From: Camelus ferus | Lineage: Eukaryota | NCBI RefSeq assembly: GCF_009834535.1 | Contig: NC_045697.1 | Location: forward strand, 42,596,001-42,660,000 | Reading direction: 5' to 3' | Length of the DNA: 64,000 nt | Shown: positions 40,254 through 53,161 of the stretch, one piece after another | How positions within the stretch are numbered: position 1 is the stretch's first letter | How the letters are laid out: every line of letters begins with the position of its first letter | Position numbers and translations under genes: made by a program | The notes under the pieces: generated by a model | Told to the model about the DNA's origin: nothing | Databases searched by the model: none | What the model saw: only the letters and a program-made list of their open reading frames with translations

Positions 40254-42538
40254 GTAAGTTGACCTTTGAAGTTCCGTTTTTTGGTTTATTTTATAAATGA
40301 AAATCATGTAGGGGATGAATATTATTTCAAGAAGTTTGACTACGAATGAAAGGAAAGAGAAAGGTTTGTTGTTCTTGTTTCATTTACTGTTATTTAAGTA
40401 AAGAAACATAAGATCTGATCTACCAACTGAAGAAGGGAGCATATGGGGATGGGGAAGGAATCATTGAAAGAAGCAAGATCCAAAGGAGATGAGAATTATG
40501 TGCAGAATAACCCTTGACTTGAAAGGGGGATTTCTCAGGGGATCTGTAATTTCTTTGTCTTTCTCAATTAGCCTTCGCTGCCTGGGTTAAAGAGTGGTTG
40601 ACTGGATTATGAACAGGCCCTGGCTTTGCAGGACAGCTGCTGCAGGAGGACATGGAGGGCAGGAAAATGTAAAATACTAATAAAAGTAATTGAAGGGACA
40701 CACCAAGGAGTATAGGATGGATAGAGGAAGAAGTGAAGTCAAGCAGCTAGTGGTAGACTGGGAGAAAAGGGATAGGTCGCTGGGCTGGAGAAGAAAAGGG
40801 ATAGGCCGGACCCAAAAGCTGATGTAGTGAGAGAGAAAGAATGGGAGAGCTGGAGGAATGATGCAGGATGATGGCAGTCAAAACTGGAGCAGTAAGACAA
40901 GCAAAGAAAAGGAGCATGCCCAAGTTGTGGCTCTGGAGTGAAGAGCTGAAGCTTATTGGTGGAATGGTGATCATAGGAGCGAGATGCTAGATGGATTGTT
41001 CGTGTGGACCTTGACTTACCCCTGTGCGCTGGCAAGAATTAGTACAGAGGAGAGGTGCAAATGCAGTGCCAGCAGTAGTAGGTGGCGGTTTCATAGAGGG
41101 ATTTCATGATAGGATTGCCGATGAGGAGACTCCAAGGACAAGTGTTTGCATAAGGCTGGTGGAAGGGTGTTGGGGAGGAAGAGTGTTAGCAGAACGTAGG
41201 CACTGCCTACCAGTCCGGCATAGACCCGGGAGAAACACCAGATTCCATCCACTCAACAGCTGTGGGGAAAGAGTATTCTCAGTAGAGCTCTCAGTGGCCC
41301 TAGGTGTCCTTCCAATGTTAATTTAAAATTTTGTTGGTTTTTAACTTTGCAATTTATTTTGTCTCGTTGTTAGCTATAGTTAAAGCATTTGCGTTGATGG
41401 ATTGAAGTGACCTTTACTAGGGAAGCAAGCAGGAAAGAATAAAACTTAGAAAAGTAAAATAGCTGTTCTGAAAGAATGTAATAATTATTCAATTCAATCC
41501 CATTATTTAGGTGAGAATCAGAGATTAAACAACCTTCAACTGTTATTTTAACCTTAATTTTTCCTCCTGCCATTTATTAATATTGATTAGTGAATACTGT
41601 TTTGGAAACCTTAAGATCTTTTGGGTTCTAACACAGTTTTATTGGGAAACAGAGTATTTGAATTTTTCTTGTCAATTGATAGACATCCCTTACATGTATA
41701 TATATATGTTTTGTTATTGTTTTTGTACTTTACACAGTTCTTTAGAATTGACAAAAATAGTTCCTTTCTCTAAGAGAATATTGAAATATTTTTTATGGTT
41801 GCCTGAATGCATGGCACTCTTAAGAGAGGAATAGTTACATTCTTGTGGTTCATCTTGAGAGGGAAGATTTTTCTCCATTACATTAAAATATATTCCTGAA
41901 AAATAGGACAGCCTGTTTAAATTTTTTTGTTCTTGAAATTGTTACTATTTGCATGCATATAAGAATTTTTAAATTCAAGTATTTTTATGATCTCATGTTT
42001 AATTTTAGTAGTTATAAGGGAAGAATTTAAAATGGGGAGAAAATGGCAGAAGCGAGCTTCTGCTATTTATGTCTGATTTTTTAAAATAAGAAAGATGACC
42101 TATTTCTCTCCATTATAATACTTCTTGCATATTTTGCTTTCTTCTCAAAGAAAAATAATAAATAACTTAGAGAAATAAAAATGTAATCTGATTTTTATAA
42201 ATCTGTAATTTATAATTAAATTGTAATAGTGGCTTGGACAGTGGTCATTGGTGATTTTTATTCTTCTTGTATTTGATCTTTCCTTGTGCCGTTTAGTTTC
42301 CAACATTTCTGCAATGTGTTACTTTAGTAATAAGTAAGAAGGTAAAAACACATGCTATTTAAGTTTAGAAATGAACATAAATTATGTTAAAACTGGATAA
42401 TAGCTTTGGGGTTTAAAAATAAAATTATTGTGTATATTGAAACTAAAGACTAGTATTTAAAAATAAATCAGCCTTGTAAATTCATTATTTTAGAAATCTA
42501 CGTGATATTTTTCCCAAGAGATTTTCTTTGACTTACAG

Positions 42539-42770
42539 GTAGTATGATCACATCTATGGAAGGTCTGGGTTCTGATAATGTTTTCAGTTTACACGAAGAT
42601 AACCATTACCGGATAAGCAAAAGCCTAGTAAAATCTGCAGAAGGAAGTACTGTACCCCTGACCAGGGTTAAGTGTCTGGTTTCCATGACAACTCCACATG
42701 ACATCAGACTTCATGGGTCATCAGTTACTCCAGCTTTTGTTGAATTTGACACATCCCTTGAAGGGTTTGG
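42539..42770 (+). CDS. WDFY3: WDFY3 exon N, 232 nt, phase 1>2 (SSMITSMEG...DTSLEGFG)
   Basis: cttacag|GT ... TGG|gtaagg; ORF 42544..42774. Confidence 0.97.
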
Positions 42771-42982
42771 GTAAGGATTTTGCAAGGTAGCCAAGCCTTA
42801 TTATATTAATTTATACCTCAGTCTTGCCTTTGATGAATAGAACATTGGTTTTAAATCTACTTGATTAAAATATACTATATGCTATATATTTTCAAATGAT
42901 TGAGTTCTTTAAGCATGTTATTTTAATTTTTTGGATTCAATTATTTTCAATTATTTATTATACTAAATAAATTGATATGGTA

Positions 42983-43210
42983 TAAGAGTCAACAATCTAA
43001 GGCGCATGGTCCAAATCTGTGTTCGTAGGTTTTTTTTTAAATAAAGTTTTATTATAACACAACCATATTCAATTATGTGTATATTGTCTATGGCTGCTTT
43101 CATGTAGAGTGGCAAACTTGAGTAGTTGTAATAGAGACCATCTGATCTGGTCTGCAAAGTGTAAAATATTTACACTCTGGCCCTCTCTAGAAAATGTTTG
43201 CCTAGTGCTG
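42983..43210. mobile_element. MER58-like hAT-Charlie element
   Basis: aaataaagttttatt...attgtctatggctgctttc...gagtagttgtaatagagacc...aaaatatttacactctggccc. Confidence 0.8.
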
Positions 43211-43956
43211 ATTTAGTACAATAAAGTTACAGATATTATGCAAATTAAAATTAGATTAAAAGCTCTTTGGGTTTTATCATCATTTTTTCCCTCAGATTAC
43301 CTTTGTATCTTATACATGAGAAGTATTCGGTTACTATCACATTAAATGAGTAAATACTTTCAAGTAGCAGAAAAAGCTATAGTAGCAGAAGTAACAAAAA
43401 GAATCTCTAGAGAATCTAGAAGAGTATGTTTATAAAGTCCATCAGCCTCAAAATGGACACATGCTAATAGAATAGATCTATGTTTATACCATTGTTTGTA
43501 GGATTCTTATACATTGTCGGAAACTCTAAATAGTGTTTTAAGAACATTGTCGTGGGTTATTACTGAACAGTGAATTAAAACATTTGGGAATAGGCAAAAG
43601 TAATCAGAACAGTGGTTACAGAAGAGAATGACTCACTAGAAAGGGGCACAAGGGAATTTTTCTGTGGTGATGAAATTGTTCCAATGTCTTGTACAGGGTT
43701 ACACATTAGTGCATCTTACCATATGCAAATTATACTTTGATTTTTGTTTTAATTTTTTAGAGTGGAGATTTTTAAAATACACCCTTTTAAATTCTCACAT
43801 AATTAAAAGGAGAGGACTTTGTTAGGCATCTAGATTTATTCCATGATCTCTTTATCTCTAGTTAATAGTGGCAGTTTATTTCACTGTGGTAAGTACATAG
43901 TAATAAGAGAAGAAAACAGTTGCTCTCTAATACTTACGTTGTCTTTTCTTTAATAG

Positions 43957-44057
43957 CTGCCTGTTCCTGCCCAGTTTAGCCCCTCATAATGCCCCTGCAA
44001 ACAATGCCGTCACAACAGGTCTTACCGATGGGGCCGTGGTCAGTGGCATTGGTTCTG
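43957..44057 (+). CDS. WDFY3: WDFY3 exon O, 101 nt, phase 2>1 (CLFLPSLAPHN...VSGIGS)
   Basis: ttaatag|C ... CTG|gtaaat. Confidence 0.95.
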
Positions 44058-44215
44058 GTAAATATTACTTTCTATGCTCATGAGATTCTTTTTTTTTTTT
44101 TTCATTCAGTGAATTATGTTTTATTTAGAGATTCTGCCTTTGTTGGCATCTTTTTTAAATATAAATATGAGTCAACACAAACTCTTTCATTGTTATTTTT
44201 CTACTTTCACTTTAG

Positions 44216-44434
44216 GTGAAAGATTCTTCCCTCCTCCATCAGGCTTAAGCTACTCTAGCTGGTTTTGCATCGAACATTTTAGTTCTCCTCCAAATAACCA
44301 CCCTGTCAGACTTCTGACTATTGTTCGCCGAGCAAATTCTTCTGAGCAGCATTATGTGTGCCTTGCCATCGTTCTGTCAGCGAAAGACCGGTCTCTGATT
44401 GTTTCCACCAAAGAGGAACTGCTCCAAAACTATG
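44216..44434 (+). CDS. WDFY3: WDFY3 exon P, 219 nt, phase 1>1 (GERFFPPPSGLSYSSWF...ELLQNY); start of the ConA/LamG-like region
   Basis: ctttag|GT ... ATG|gtcagt; ORF 44116..44442. Confidence 0.97.
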
Positions 44435-45329
44435 GTCAGTAGCTGTCTTCTTCTTTCTGCTTCTTGTGATTGGTACAAGTGTTAAACTTCGTTTTAAAAT
44501 TCAGTTTTAAGATCCAGCTGGTAATTCTTTTCTAATTTAAAATCATAGACTAGAACAGGTTATATGAAATCTTGAATATTGTTCATCAGTGAAGTTTTAA
44601 GGCATTTTCAAAAGAAACTTAGAAAACAGCAGAGAGAGTCCCTTAAATAAAGATTCATCTCTCCTTGCCAAGAAATCGCAGCTTTTGCTAGGAAAGCAGG
44701 TTGCTTGTGTAATATATTTTAGTAAGGATTTTCATTGGCTGTGAATTCTGCTTAACTAATGAATATTCATTGAGCACCTGCCTACCATATGTGCCACTCT
44801 GTGCTAGACACAATAACACAATTTAATTACTTTAGTCATCGCTTACCTTCAAGACTTAATACATACATTTAATAATCCTAATTCCTTCCAACATGTCATA
44901 ATGTTACATTACTATGTAAGAGAACTTCATACTCAAGGCATTCATGAAGATCTTCCTAAATGATATAAATAACATAAAATGTAAATCTGAGTTCACTGAA
45001 TTTTATTTGCTCTGAATATAGGTACTTGTATATAAATGTACCTCTTTTTTATTATCTAATTTTGTTTTTTAACTAACTAAATAAAATAATAGTACACATT
45101 GCTTCACCTGTGGTTGGTATTCACATATTAATTGAATATGAATGTTAGCTTCTCAATTAGACTGTATGGCTTCTTGTCTTATTTAGGATTCTTCATCATG
45201 ATCAGCACAGAGTTAGGCATCAATGTAGTAAGTGCTTTAAAATCCTGGTTAGGACACTTTATCTGCTCTTTTGTGGCATTTGATTCTGTTGATGTTTTCT
45301 TCCTAATTAAAACTATCTGTAGTCTTGCA

Positions 45330-46005
45330 GTTTGAGATTACCTACTCTCTGTTCTCTCACCATTTCTCCAATGTCTCTCTCAATTTCCTTCAACAGCTTT
45401 CTCCTCCATCTTCTTTTAAAAATTAGTATTCTTCAAGCTTTTACCTTTAGTCTTTGTAGCCAACCTGCTCTTCATGAGAGGAAAAAAAAAAATCACCCAT
45501 TTCTATTAGTATTAGGTCTTGTTACCCGCAGGATCTCTGAAATTAAAATCTTTCAGTTTGTCTGTGTCCCAGGCTTTGTCTTCATATTTTCAACTGCATA
45601 TTAGACATCTTAACATGAGTAGTCTTCGTTAAACAGCTCAGACTATAAGATTTGTTCTTAAAACCTGCATCTCCTATTTTCCTGTTAAACGACACCCTCA
45701 CTACCAGTTAGCCCATTCGGAACCTCAAGTCAACCTTGAAAATACCCTATGCCTTTTTAATATTTCTTGAATCTTCTGTTCCTTCCTATGCCCACTGTCG
45801 TAACTGTTTAATATTCTTTATCACTTACCTGGACTTCATAGATCTTAATTCTTTATTTGTTTTTGTCTGCCTACCCTGCTAGAACTCTTCATTTCCCACA
45901 CACAATGTTATTATCTTTGTAATCTCGGGAGCCCTGCCACCCAAAACAGTGCCTAGCACATACTAGACCTACACACATTATTTAAAGACAAATGAATGAA
46001 TGAGA
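45330..46005 (+). mobile_element. LINE-2 fragment(s)
   Basis: Pyrimidine-rich body ending cagtgcctagcacatac...aaatgaatgaatga (L2 tail). Confidence 0.55.
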
Positions 46006-47646
46006 AGAAAAAAAAATAAAGAGAAAGAAATACAGATAATTTGAAAGGGAAACAATGAGAAAAGTGAATAATAATGGAGAATTTGGGAAAAGGATAGAAT
46101 TTAATGAAAAAGTTAAGGATTAACTCTAGGGATATTTCAGTAAAAAATGTTTTCTAACTCTGTCATTTTCACTGAATGTAATTTGCCAGACTACTTTGGT
46201 CCATATATCACTAGAAATTTCAGTAACTTATACATTTGTGATACATGTGATGTGACTACTGCAAAGATCCATCCTCTGAACAGCTGTAGCCCATTAGGAT
46301 GCCTAGGTAATTAAGAGTTGTCAGAAACCAGTAGGCTCAGCAAATATCCTGCTACACCACTGAATGCTGGGTATGTCTTAGTTTAAACCTGAGTCAGAGT
46401 GTGAAACTCTTGGAAAATTTTTATAAGAAACATCTTCTACAGTTCTCAAGAAGATTCAGTCTGTTAACCAGGGAAGGGAGTAGGAAGAGTTCCTGGTTTC
46501 ACCCATGCCTTTTATCTTTTGTTTTGCATCCCTTGGTTGTAGAACACTAGACCTTTCAAAGCTGTTTGACTCTGCTTTTTCTTAGTTCATTAAAATCTGT
46601 TGCTAATTAGGCCACAATGTGGATAAGATGCTGCCTTTTTAGGGGTCTTCACATCGGTAAATGTATATTCTGAATTGTCATTTAAAAATATAATCTCAGC
46701 ATAAAAATATAATCTCATGCAGGTATTTTTAAGATTCCCAAAATAGAGTATTTTATTTGTAGTTCTTTCTTCAAATAATTTAAACTTAAAATTTTTAGTA
46801 TATTTACATACATGTGCTTGTACTGAAAACTGGTGGGTCTGCTTTAAGTTACATGGTTAAGATCAGCTCTTTTTAAAAATTTTTCTTGGGCTGAGGGGAG
46901 GAATGACTTTCTAACATCTGGTTTCTGCTGCTGCCCCACCCCCTTTTGAATACTATATAAATGGTAAGATAATTTTTAACTAGCTTAACATTAAGATTAA
47001 ATTAATACTTAACCCATTTATTTCCTAGCATGATTTGATAACATACTAGATAGGAGAGAGAAGCCAGATTAGAGTCAAGAAGTGATTGCAGCATGTTAGC
47101 AAGTCACCAGAGTTGTCAAGTGAAGCAGGAAACTTGGATTAACAAATACCTTTCCACTCCCTGAATCACCTCTTTCCTACCAGCTGTTGCCAGGCTAGGG
47201 TCAGGGCAGTACAGCCACAAACTAGGAACAGGTAGTTGCCCCCTTGTATCATTGAACAGAGCATCCTTGGTTCTTGTTCTAACCAGTGCTGTGATCAGAT
47301 ACATGTCAAACTAGAATTTTAGAAGACCTTTTATAACAGAGCATGACAGGTAAGAATCAACTAGTCTCTTTTTGTTGTCTATTGTAACTTTATTTTACTG
47401 TCTTTTTTTTTTTTTTTTTTTTTTACTTTTTATTAGTTGTTATAAATAACTGTATGTATCTTAAGCAGAACAAAGCAAAATGTATCCCAGGTTTTACTTT
47501 TTTACTACAGTTAAAGTTACTGAATGAATAGGATATTTTCATTTACATCATCATATTATCTTAACATAGAGTGAAAGTCTAGATATGAATAATTGTTAGC
47601 ATGAGGACGACGTTGAGTTTTTAATTTTTCCCCCTCTTTATTTTAG

Positions 47647-47828
47647 TTGATGATTTTAGCGAAGAATCATCTTTTTATGAGATTCTGCCGTGCTGTGCTC
47701 GCTTCCGATGTGGAGAACTGATAATTGAGGGACAGTGGCACCACCTGGTTCTGGTGATGAGCAAAGGGATGCTGAAGAACAGCACTGCAACCCTCTACAT
47801 CGATGGGCAGCTTGTCAGCACCGTGAAG
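47647..47828 (+). CDS. WDFY3: WDFY3 exon Q, 182 nt, phase 1>0 (VDDFSEESS...GQWHHLVLV...LYIDGQLVSTVK)
   Basis: ttttag|TT ... AAG|gtaagc; WHHLV and LYIDG are typical LamG/ConA-fold motifs. Confidence 0.97.
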
Positions 47829-49431
47829 GTAAGCCTGCTTGTGCTTGTCAGTCCCAACTGCCTTTACAAGATATTTGAGGGGCCAGTGTGCTTATGTGTG
47901 TGTGTCTGCAGGGGTATTTTTTTAAGTTGTCTTAATTTTAAACTGACCTTAAGTACGCATTTGAACAGTGTGTGAGGGTCATGTGGCTGGCTCAATTCAT
48001 GTCACTTTATTAGAGAAGACTCGAAAGGCGTGCACTAAAAAAGTTAATGCACATGTTAGTGCTTGAACTGGATTACTAAGTGCTTTTTCACCGCCCAAAC
48101 CAGTTGGAAGGCTGGAAACCAGCTGGATGCCTAAATAAATGATGAACACACTATTTTGTCACTTCATTGTTATTACTGAATGCAATCCAGTAGGTTCTAT
48201 ACCCCTTTAGAGCTAGAATTGTTTTTACTCATTTTTGTTTTCAGATCACCCAGATTAGTCCCGGATAATAATAGTAGCTGTTTCCTTATCATTTGTTGAA
48301 GGAATGAATGTATAAATATTACTCTAGATAGCTTTACCGCATACAGTATTCAGAAGCCTCTGTGACTACATTTTCTTCCTTAGTGATAACTTACTGTGGC
48401 ATTGTGTTTCAATATGATAAACCCTAAAATGAACTCTGTGGGACTAGTGATTTATTTTCTTGATATACTGGATTGCATTAGAAATGGATTTATAGATTCT
48501 TTAGTAGGTTGCTCCTACGTTATTTTTAGTATTACTGAAATAAAAATGTTTTCAACTTCCTGAATTGAGAAGTAAGAGTTTATTATTGATATATTGCCAT
48601 CATCATCGTTACTGTGCCAGTGAGAAGTCACAGTCCTGTGACACCAGCTTTAGTTCACATATTGACCTTCATACTCATACTGTTACCATCAAAAGGAATT
48701 CTTTAATATGTGGAAGAACAGATGTGATCTGAAGCACGGACAATGTGACAAAACATTCTATGGAAATGTTTTTCATTCCATTAAGTGATGAAACTGCTTA
48801 TACCACCAGAAGCAACTTGATTTCCTTATCTTTTATACTCTAATTATATATTTATTGTGAAGAGCTGAATGATAATTTAAGCATCTTGTCAGTAAACAGT
48901 AGTATGATTTTAAATCTGAAAATATACTTTTCACTGGGATTAAACTGTGTTTATAAATCGTAGCAGATGATAGACTATTCATTTTTCTAATATTTTTATA
49001 GCAGGTTACCTATTATAAAACACTTTTCGTGAATAATTTTATATAACAGACTCACACTGAAAGTAACATAACTAATTCAGTACTTGAATTCCATAGTTGG
49101 AAATCTGTTTTATATCAACTTGAAAAATTCATAGCAGCATCGTTAATTTGGTATGCACGCCAACCGCACAGTAACAGCAGCCCTGTATTGGACTGTTGCC
49201 CTTTCTAGCATTAGATAGTTGATCTGTATTACAGCATTGAATAACAAATTTCCAGCTTGCATGTCAGGTTCTAGTATCTTGGCCTGCCCTCATGTTTCTC
49301 AACCCAAGTGCTTTTGTACATTTCTGAAATCATACGGCCTTGGGATAATGAAAATATACACAAGAAGTGGTTATTTTCCTGATGAAAGTGTTTGTGGTCA
49401 AATCTCACGTTTGCTTTTGTTTTCTGCATAG

Positions 49432-49663
49432 CTTCATTATGTCCACAGCACTCCTGGGGGCTCGGGTTCTGCAAACCCACCGGTGGTCAGCACAGTCTAT
49501 GCTTACGTCGGGACTCCACCTGCCCAGCGCCAGATTGCCTCACTGGTTTGGCGCCTGGGACCCACGCACTTTCTGGAAGAGGTTTTACCTCCTTCAAATG
49601 TTACTACCATTTATGAACTAGGACCAAATTATGTTGGAAGCTTCCAGGCCGTATGCATGCCAT
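49432..49663 (+). CDS. WDFY3: WDFY3 exon R, 232 nt, phase 0>1 (LHYVHSTPGG...QAVCMP)
   Basis: tgcatag|CTT ... CAT|gtgagt; ORF 49483..49671. Confidence 0.97.
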
Positions 49664-50319
49664 GTGAGTAACTTACTCTTTGTTCTTAAAGCTGTATAAG
49701 GCTTAACCTCCTGTGGTGTAGATGCATGGATAAGTACATGTGTGTGGCTAAAGCTGCACATTACATGTCTCTTAAAAAAGGGCCTTCTCCTCTCCTGTTC
49801 TTCAGCGCAATACTCTCGACCACTCCTATTCATAAGTGCTCTCCTCCATTGATCATACTGTCCTTTCTTGATCTTTGTCTTCGTGCGTATTCCTAATTTT
49901 CAGTTTCTCTTATAGGCTCCAAGATGTAGGTGTATACTTTCTAACAGTCTACTGCCAACCTTCTTCTCTCTGTAATTTCTCTTATTACATGAAGCAGTTT
50001 GAAGTCTGTCTACTCTGGTTAAAGGAAAGAAGGATGGGTCTAGAAAACACACACGTATTCTTTAGGTTAGACCAGTTAACATCCATTTTCCTCGTCTTTA
50101 TTCCGGCAGTCCTTTCTCCCAAAAGGAAATTGGAATCAAAGGAATTGATGTTAAAGTATAATTCCTTTGCAGTACTTTTTCCAAATGATGTCTTCCATTC
50201 TCTTGTTCTCATTCTACCAAAGTTCTCATAAGAGTTGGGGCAAGTATGCTGTAAATGGTAATAATCTTATGGCTAAGTAATTTCTTTCACTTAGGTTCTT
50301 GATTTAGATAGCATGAAAT

Positions 50320-50570
50320 AATAGCTAACAGTTACTGAGCACTCAGTGTGTGCCGAATAAGTTAATATGCACGGAGGACATAGCTGTCTTGAGCCCTTCA
50401 CATGTATCTGTTCATATCCTCAGAACACTGGGACTTAAGTATTGTTATCGTCCCCATTTTATAGACGACGAAACTGAGCTGCAGAGATGTATAGGTCACA
50501 TAGCTTTTAAGTGATAAAGCAGAGGTTCAGAGTTAAGCTATCTTGTTCAAAATTTGTGTTACTCTGCCAT
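50320..50570 (-). mobile_element. MIR SINE
   Basis: ataatagctaacagttactgagcac...tccccattttatagacgacgaaactgag. Confidence 0.8.
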
Positions 50571-50994
50571 GTTGTTGAGAAGAATAAAAAGAGGCATAAA
50601 TGGGGGCTCTCGTTGGGGAGGAGACCTCGTGGTGCAAAGATCATGGGCATTCCACTCATTTTTATTCCCTTGTTCCTTGCAATAATGGAAAGTGTTTTGT
50701 GATTTGTTTGATAGCAGTTAAAACTCTTTCTCTTTCTTTACATTATGCTGCATATTAAGCATACTTTAAGAGCAAAATTTGGAGTGCAAAAGCTTTATGA
50801 CTGGATGGTTTTCCATATTTGTAATTAAAGAAAGAAATGAAGAGCTATTAAACAGTTTTTAAATTTAGCTCCCTATTCCACTTTAAAAGATTTTTCAGGT
50901 GTGTTCATTTAACGATGATAATAAGAATTAAAGGGTTGTGTTAGGATCAGGAGAAAAACTGACAATTTTGAAAAGGATTATTCTTCTTTTGAAG

Positions 50995-51155
50995 GTAAAG
51001 ATGCAAAATCCGAAGGGATGATCCCATCTCCTGTGTCATTAGTGCCAGAGGAAAAGGTTTCATTTGGCCTCTATGCACTGTCTGTGTCCTCTCTAACAGT
51101 GGCAAGAATTCGGAAAGTGCACAACAAGTTGGACAGCAAAGCTATCGCCAAGCAG
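50995..51155 (+). CDS. WDFY3: WDFY3 exon S, 161 nt, phase 1>0 (CKDAKSEGMIPS...KAIAKQ)
   Basis: cttttgaag|GT ... CAG|gtaagc. Confidence 0.95.
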
Positions 51156-51767
51156 GTAAGCAGAATGATTTCCCAGTAAGCTGTGCCTGGTTCTCACTGG
51201 GAAGATGTGCCAGAGCTTCCTTGTGGGCACCACCCAAGTATGAGTGGTTGCTAAAAAACAGTGCCTTTCGTGTATTGTTTTGGCTTCTGTGCCTTTGAAC
51301 TTAAGCCAAAACTTATTTAGATATTTAGTTTAATTTGGAAAAGTTGAGAATTTCGTTCTAAGTGCATGGTTTATATTAACTCCAGTATTTTTCTTGGCAA
51401 TTGAGAAATTGAACTTTAGGAGACTAAAGGAAACAATTGCTGTTTTTTAAGGCTATAACTTTTTTTTGTATAACCTACTAAATGCTGAACAAAACACATT
51501 TTGTTCAGGACCCAGCAGTAGGTAATAAAGAGTAAAATTCTTGCCTTTATTAAGGTTCTTACATTCTAGTGGAAGAGGTGGACAATAATAACTGAAGGAA
51601 TAGCCTGGTCGTAGAGTGGGTTAGAAGATGAAGAGTGCTACGTAGGAAAATACAGAAGGAAGGGGGAGAGAGAGAAGCTTATGGCTTTAGGTAGGTTGGT
51701 CAGAGGAGGCCTCACTAAGAAGGTGTCAAGGCAGTGAACCATGAGAGTACGGAGAGTGGGATGTGTG

Positions 51768-52436
51768 TGTTACCCCAAAAGAAAAAGGAAAAAGACCCCA
51801 GTTCTTGTCATACTAGAAATAGAAGATTACCAATGGGAGATGGTGGGCGTTGTATAGGGAAAGAGTTTGTTTTTTAATTGAAATACAGTCAGTGACAATG
51901 TGTCAGTTTCTGGTGTACAGCACAATGTCCCCATTCATGCATATACATACATGTATTTGTTTTCATATTTTTTTTTTCATTAAAGTGTAATTAGGAAAAG
52001 AAAAGTACACCTCCACGAATGGGAGACAGCTGATCCAAGGGGGAGAAAGCAGTGGTCTTTGTCTGCCCTTTTGTCTTATACCCTCGCTCTAGAGGTGGTC
52101 TTTTGATTGATTGACGGCTCTTGTCCCTGGAATGCTTAGCATGTTTGGCCCCTTTACGCGTGTCCTTACCCATGGTGTACACAGAGAGACCCTTGGCGAG
52201 GGGTGGGGGGGCCTAAATCGCAATGGTAATTATATCACAATGAGCATTAGATCATGTTCGGTAGGGTCCTTCTCACTGCTCAACAGTTGGGGCTGTCAGG
52301 TTCTAACCGATTTCTTGGTGACTTAAAAGAAGTGAAGCCCTTGTACGCTGGAGGCATGCATCCCGCCGTCTTCTGGATCATCCTCCCTCTCCTCCACCTA
52401 TCTGCCCAGTGTCCCCACTTATCTAACTACCTAACA
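51768..52436 (-). mobile_element. Solo endogenous-retrovirus LTR (probably class I/ERV1)
   Basis: Perfect TGTTA...TAACA termini. 4-bp flanks tgtg/tatg. Minus-strand TATA-like gggtataag near 52075-52083. Higher GC and CpG than the flanks. Confidence 0.75.
51870..51982 (-). mobile_element. L1 3'-end fragment nested in the LTR
   Basis: Shares tgtgtcagtttctggtgtacagca and catacatgtatttgttt with 33195-33362. Confidence 0.85.
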
Positions 52437-53158
52437 TATGTATGGGGTTGGGGGGCTTGCATTCCAGGAGTGTAAGTGCTGAGGCTCCAAGGAAGTGCAT
52501 GGCTGCCACAGAGGCACATGTGGCTCCAACAGAACAAGAGAAGGCCTGAGTAGCAGGCAAGGTCAAAGTGGAGTCACTTTTTCTGATTTGGAGAAAACTG
52601 TCAGAAGAGTAGTTGGGGAGTGAGGGGAATACTGAGAATTACGTTTTGCAAAAATTGAGAAGTGTATTAGACATCTTAGTGGAGATATCAGAGCCACTGG
52701 AAATACGAATCTGAGTTCAAGGGAGAGGTCTGAATGTCATGAGTGTTTGTACATGGTGTTTAAAGCCACGAGACTAGGTGCATTCACCAAACTGTAGATG
52801 TAGGTAGAGAGGAGGAAGGGTTTACAGGCTGGGCGTTCCAGTGCTGTGGAGCTGGGGAGGTGGTGAAGAACCAGCAGAGAACACTAACTAAGGAGCCAGC
52901 AAGAAAGGAGAAAAACTAGGGTGTTGTAGAAATCAGTGATTCACTGTGGCAAATGTGTCAGAGCAGTCAAGAAAGATTAAGGCTGAGGACTGAGGACTGA
53001 CCACTGGGTTTAGCAAGGTGGAAGTCATCCGTGAGCTTGACAAGTGATTTTGGCTGATTAGGGGAGGCAAAGCCAGAGGGGAAGGAAATCAAGAGGCTGG
53101 AAGGAAACGATTTGGAAACAGTAAGTATCGACAAGCTCTTGTACAGAGCTTTGTCTGA

Positions 53159-53161
<3 letters not shown>

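Larger units (their letters stand above)
51470..53155 (-). mobile_element. LINE-2 relic split by an LTR insertion
   Basis: L2-like purine-rich sequence on both sides of the LTR (cttacattctagtgg...; attagacatcttagtggagat...gagttcaagggagaggtc). Confidence 0.6.

Noticed and set aside
40739..41326. Cluster of 75-100 aa ORFs in a purine-rich block
   Set aside because: The composition fits an old antisense LINE relic. The WDFY3 frame is already continuous from exon M to exon N without them.
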